32,000 bases of DNA, taken from NCBI RefSeq assembly GCF_000175255.2, contig NC_017262.1, positions 1,110,001 through 1,142,000 on the forward strand, written 5' to 3'. Position 1 is the stretch's first letter. The number at the start of each line of letters is the position of its first letter. Below are positions 28,813 to 32,000 of this stretch, piece by piece. The DNA is from Zymomonas mobilis subsp. mobilis ATCC 10988 (GTDB taxonomy: Bacteria; Pseudomonadota; Alphaproteobacteria; Sphingomonadales; Sphingomonadaceae). The position numbers and the translations under genes are program-made. A model generated the notes under the pieces. It was not told the origin of the DNA, made no database searches, and was given only the letters and a program-made list of their open reading frames with translations.

Positions 28813-29937
28813 ATGAGCGATAATGTCCGTAACTTTGTGGTTGATGATGACGATGATGGTATCCGCCTTGACCGTTGGTTTCAGCGTCATTTGCCAGATA
28901 CCGGTTTCGCGAGAATAGCGCGCTGGACAAGAACCGGACAGATCCGCCTTGATGGTCGTCGCGCTACCCCCGGATCAAGAGTTATGGCGGGTCAATCCAT
29001 CCGCGTCCCACCGGCTGAACCGAATTTGCAGGATAATCGTCCGACCAAGCCTTCCAGACCCGAATTGACGGAAGCTGAAATCGAATTTGCCCAGTCCTTG
29101 GTTATTCATCGCGATAAAGCGGCAATCGTGGTCAATAAACCCGCCGGTCTGGCGACCCAAGGTGGCACAAAAACCCATTACCATCTTGATGGTTTGTTGG
29201 ATGCTTTGCAGTTTGAAGCGCCGTCTCGTCCCAAATTAGTCCATCGTTTGGACAAGGACACGTCCGGCGTTTTGCTGTTAGCCCGTTCCGCTAATAATGC
29301 CGGTTATTTTTCCAAAGCCTTTTCAGGGCGGACGGCGCATAAAGTCTATTGGGCTTTGGTTGTCGGTGTGCCTTCGATTACCGAAGGTTTGATTGATTTG
29401 CCTTTGGCTCGTCAGCCCGGAAGCGGCGGCGAAAAAATGCATGTCGATGAAGAAAATGGCGCGACGGCAAAAACCCTTTATCGCGTGATCGAACGGGCAG
29501 GGAATGCCGCCTGTTGGTTAGAGTTGCAGCCTTTAACAGGCCGCACCCATCAGTTGCGCGCTCATCTCTCGGCTATTGGCTTTCCTATTGTTGGTGATGG
29601 TAAATATGGCGGGAAAGAAGCCTTCTTGACCGGAGGCGTCAGCCGTAAAATGCATCTTCATGCCAGAAGATTGGTTATCCCGCATCCTGATGGTTCCAAT
29701 TTGGATGTCCATGCCGATTTACCAGAGCATTTCCTCGAAAGTATGAGCTTGCTCGGTTTCGATTTAGAAAATGGCTATGATCGTCCGCTTGGTGGCGAAA
29801 AGGTCATTGATAAAGAAGCCGAAAAAATTGCAGAGGGTCGCCGCGCCCGTGATCGCCGCCGTGCCAGAAAAGGCGAAAGGCGGAATCGTTCTTCCCAGAA
29901 ACCTTCTGCACCAAGGGGGCGAGATCGGAAACGGTGA
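28813..29937 (+). CDS. rluC: Ribosomal large subunit pseudouridine synthase, RluA family (RluC-type)
   Basis: N-terminal S4-like RLDRWFQRHL, catalytic KLVHRLDKDTSGVLLLAR and GRTHQLRAHLSAIGFPIVGDGKYGG. Lys/Arg-rich C-terminal tail. Confidence 0.9.
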   Translation: MSDNVRNFVVDDDDDGIRLDRWFQRHLPDTGFARIARWTRTGQIRLDGRRATPGSRVMAGQSIRVPPAEPNLQDNRPTKPSRPELTEAEIEFAQSLVIHRDKAAIVVNKPAGLATQGGTKTHYHLDGLLDALQFEAPSRPKLVHRLDKDTSGVLLLARSANNAGYFSKAFSGRTAHKVYWALVVGVPSITEGLIDLPLARQPGSGGEKMHVDEENGATAKTLYRVIERAGNAACWLELQPLTGRTHQLRAHLSAIGFPIVGDGKYGGKEAFLTGGVSRKMHLHARRLVIPHPDGSNLDVHADLPEHFLESMSLLGFDLENGYDRPLGGEKVIDKEAEKIAEGRRARDRRRARKGERRNRSSQKPSAPRGRDRKR

Positions 29938-30046
29938 TTTGTCGTCCTTTTTCTGGTCTTAGCTTGTCATTTTGCTTATGCTGCCAAGCCGCAGCATAGC
30001 ATTGCGTCATCCATCCTACCGGCAATAGCAAAAGAAGTGTGGTAGT

Positions 30047-30337
30047 GTGATTCCTAAAAATGCCTACAATCGGATTGCCAAGCAATTGGATCAAGCCGGA
30101 GAAAATAGCCGACAATGGGAAGAAAGTTCTTTCGATATTGTAAAGGCTAGCCGACGGCGGATGTTTATTATGTCTGCCTGTCGGGTTGTGGGCGCGTTAT
30201 TACTGACTTTTGCTATTTTGCTCTTACAGATGCCTCGTTTCTTTCCGTGGGACCAGCGGTGGCTGGATGCTATGGTTGTTATCAGTTTTATCATTATGCT
30301 GATCCCTCAAATTTTGATCAGATGGCAAAAGCCATAA
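30047..30337 (+). CDS. Small membrane protein, hypothetical
   Basis: 96-codon ORF with two hydrophobic segments (VVGALLLTFAILLLQMPRFF, AMVVISFIIMLIPQILI). GTG start with a weak SD. Sits between rluC and the ATP12-like gene on the same strand. Confidence 0.55.
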   Translation: MIPKNAYNRIAKQLDQAGENSRQWEESSFDIVKASRRRMFIMSACRVVGALLLTFAILLLQMPRFFPWDQRWLDAMVVISFIIMLIPQILIRWQKP

Positions 30338-30363
30338 ATTGAAAAGAGACAAGTTTTTCTGCC

Positions 30364-31068
30364 ATGAAAAGAAAACGTTTTTATAAAAAAGCCACTGTCG
30401 ATAAAGCTGAAATAGGCTTTGCTGCGAAATTGGATGACCGTCAGATCATGACTCCGGCAAGACACCCTTTAATTTTGCCGACTCGTGCTTTGGCAGAGGC
30501 TGTCGCCGAAGAATGGAACAATCAACCGAAAGAAATTGATCTCGCTTCGATGCCGATAACCGGCTATGCCAATGCTGCCGTTGATCTGGTGCCTGATCGC
30601 TATGATGATTTTGTTGCTGGTATTCGCCAATTTGCTGAAAGCGATGTGACTTGTTACCGTGCCGACAGCCCTCAGGCCTTGGTTGATCGAGAAATCGAAT
30701 TATGGGAACCTTTGTTGGAATGGGCGGAAAAGCGCTTTGATATCCATTTCCATCGGGTGGTTGGTATTATCCATAAAAAGCAGCCTGAAGTGACTTTGCA
30801 GCGGATTGGTGCAGCCGTTACAGATTTCAATCATTTTGAAATCGTCGCTTTGACACAACTGGCAACTATTTCAGGCTCTTTGGTTATTCCACTTGCTATA
30901 CTGGCAGATGAAATTACACCTGAGAAAGCTTTTGATGCCGCCCATATCGACGAAATATGGCAGGCAGAACAATGGGGGCAGGATGAAGTCGCGGCCAACG
31001 CCCTTAAACGTCGTCGTCGTGACTTTTTAGCTGCTGCCCGTTTTTTCAGCCTGGTAAATACAAACTAA
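30364..31068 (+). CDS. ATP12 family chaperone (F1 ATPase assembly)
   Basis: RKRFYKKATVDKAEIGFAAKLDDRQIMTPARHPLILPTRALAEAVAEEWNNQ and DLVPDRYDDFVAGIRQFAESDVTCYRA are characteristic of ATP12-family proteins. Confidence 0.88.
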   Translation: MKRKRFYKKATVDKAEIGFAAKLDDRQIMTPARHPLILPTRALAEAVAEEWNNQPKEIDLASMPITGYANAAVDLVPDRYDDFVAGIRQFAESDVTCYRADSPQALVDREIELWEPLLEWAEKRFDIHFHRVVGIIHKKQPEVTLQRIGAAVTDFNHFEIVALTQLATISGSLVIPLAILADEITPEKAFDAAHIDEIWQAEQWGQDEVAANALKRRRRDFLAAARFFSLVNTN

Positions 31069-31096
31069 CGGTCAAAGAACCGGATATTAAGGAAGG

Positions 31097-31741
31097 ATGT
31101 CTGAAATGACAGGGCAGAAATCATGGGCTTTTTTAGCTCAAAATGATTTGGGAGAAGGGGGCGCCCCTTTAGCTTTAATTTTTGATTGTGATGGCACCTT
31201 ACTCAATAGTTTGCCGGTATATGAACGGGCTTGGGTCGCTATCTGGGGTGAACTGGGCTATTCAATGGAACATAGCTGGTATCAGCCAAGATCCGGCTTT
31301 TCTGAAGACAATCTGATAACCGCTTTTGAAGAAAAAGTCGGTCAGAAATTCGACCACAAGGCGATATCTGACAAGATGAAGACCTATTATCTTGCCAATA
31401 TACAGCATGTTGTCGAGATTACGCCTGTCGCAGATATTGCCCGCAATGCTTATGGAAAATTCCCGATGGCGGTTGCGTCTTGTGCGCCCCGTAGTTTGTT
31501 GCTGGAAGGCTTGAAAATAACAGGTTTGTTTGACCTGTTTGATACTATTCTTTCTGTCGATGATATCGGCGTGCCGAAACCTGCCCCTGATATTTTCTTG
31601 AAGGCAGCTGAAAGATTAGGTGTAGAAGCCGAGCATTGTCTGGTTTTTGAAGATAGTGTGACCGGATTTGAAGCGGCGAAGCGCGCTCATATGCCGGTTA
31701 TTGATGTGACTCCTTTGATTGCCTCGAATCAAAAAGATTAA
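31097..31741 (+). CDS. HAD-IA family phosphatase (phosphoglycolate phosphatase / beta-phosphoglucomutase-like)
   Basis: LALIFDCDGTLLNSLPVYERAW, MAVASCAPRSLLLEGLKITGLFDLF and KPAPDIFLKAAERLG...CLVFEDSVTGFEAAKRA. Confidence 0.85.
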   Translation: MSEMTGQKSWAFLAQNDLGEGGAPLALIFDCDGTLLNSLPVYERAWVAIWGELGYSMEHSWYQPRSGFSEDNLITAFEEKVGQKFDHKAISDKMKTYYLANIQHVVEITPVADIARNAYGKFPMAVASCAPRSLLLEGLKITGLFDLFDTILSVDDIGVPKPAPDIFLKAAERLGVEAEHCLVFEDSVTGFEAAKRAHMPVIDVTPLIASNQKD

Positions 31742-31771
31742 AGCATTTCATCCCGCATTATTTTTAAATGC

Positions 31772-31806
31772 AAAAAAGGCCATGAATCTCATGGCCTTTT
31801 TTTTGT
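31772..31806. terminator. Bidirectional rho-independent terminator between convergent genes
   Basis: aaaaaaggccatga-atc-tcatggcctttttttt, with A and T tracts on both sides. Confidence 0.88.
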
Positions 31807-31824
31807 AGATTTTATCTGTCTGTT

Positions 31825-32000
31825 TTACGCTGGGAATAGCCCGCTTTCGTCTTTTTCGTTTGCCGTTGCCTCTATATTGGATTGAGCATCACGGCGTTGG
31901 TCAAAGGCACCCCAAACCTCATTCCAGTCGCCTTTGGTCGCGGCTTTGGAATATTCAGTCGAGCGAGTTTCAAAGAAATTGGCATGTTCAACGCCATTCA
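31825..32000 (-). CDS. nrdB: C-terminal part of probable ribonucleoside-diphosphate reductase small (beta) subunit
   Basis: Minus-strand reading frame open to the window edge: ...NGVEHANFFETRSTEYSKAATKGDWNEVWGAFDQRRDAQSNIEATANEKDESGLFPA*. The NFFE-R-TEY block resembles class I RNR beta C-terminal regions. This frame is absent from the supplied track. Confidence 0.5.
   Translation of the reverse strand, partial: NGVEHANFFETRSTEYSKAATKGDWNEVWGAFDQRRDAQSNIEATANEKDESGLFPA

Noticed and set aside
1-32000. CRISPR arrays, prophage/transposase genes, tRNA/rRNA, toxin-antitoxin or defence cassettes
   Set aside because: I looked for repeat-spacer periodicity, integrase/transposase motifs, and small paired ORFs and found none that could be supported by eye.

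Overview
This 32 kb window looks like a contiguous, gene-dense stretch of core alphaproteobacterial chromosome, most consistent with Zymomonas or a related sphingomonad. The taxon call is inference from protein content. In order it contains: partial clpA, an ABC-2 permease (-), gcrA, argD-argF, hslO (Hsp33), parE, a MarC-family protein (-), a YggT-family protein (-), a zinc-ribbon membrane protein (-), ftsE-ftsX-YdcF-like-plsC-like, hisC-tyrC (-), a complete suf operon (Rrf2 regulator, sufB, sufC, sufD, sufS, sufT-like, sufA), a HAD/pyrimidine 5'-nucleotidase, dapD, a divergent ureohydrolase (-), gmk (-), a glycine-zipper protein (-), a MAPEG protein (-), a small membrane ORF, an rluC-type pseudouridine synthase, a small membrane ORF, an ATP12-family chaperone, a HAD phosphatase, and the 3' end of a probable ribonucleotide reductase small subunit (-). 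Several intrinsic terminators are directly visible. I found no mobile elements, prophage, CRISPR, tRNA/rRNA, toxin-antitoxin or defence cassette, and nothing I can support as an undescribed multi-gene system. The best second-look items are modest: a ureohydrolase with GGDC in place of GGDH, two GANTC sites upstream of gcrA, a cysteine motif in the suf regulator, a putative 39-codon ORF overlapping the rluC start by ATGA, long AT-rich leaders, and hairpins that do not look like terminators.
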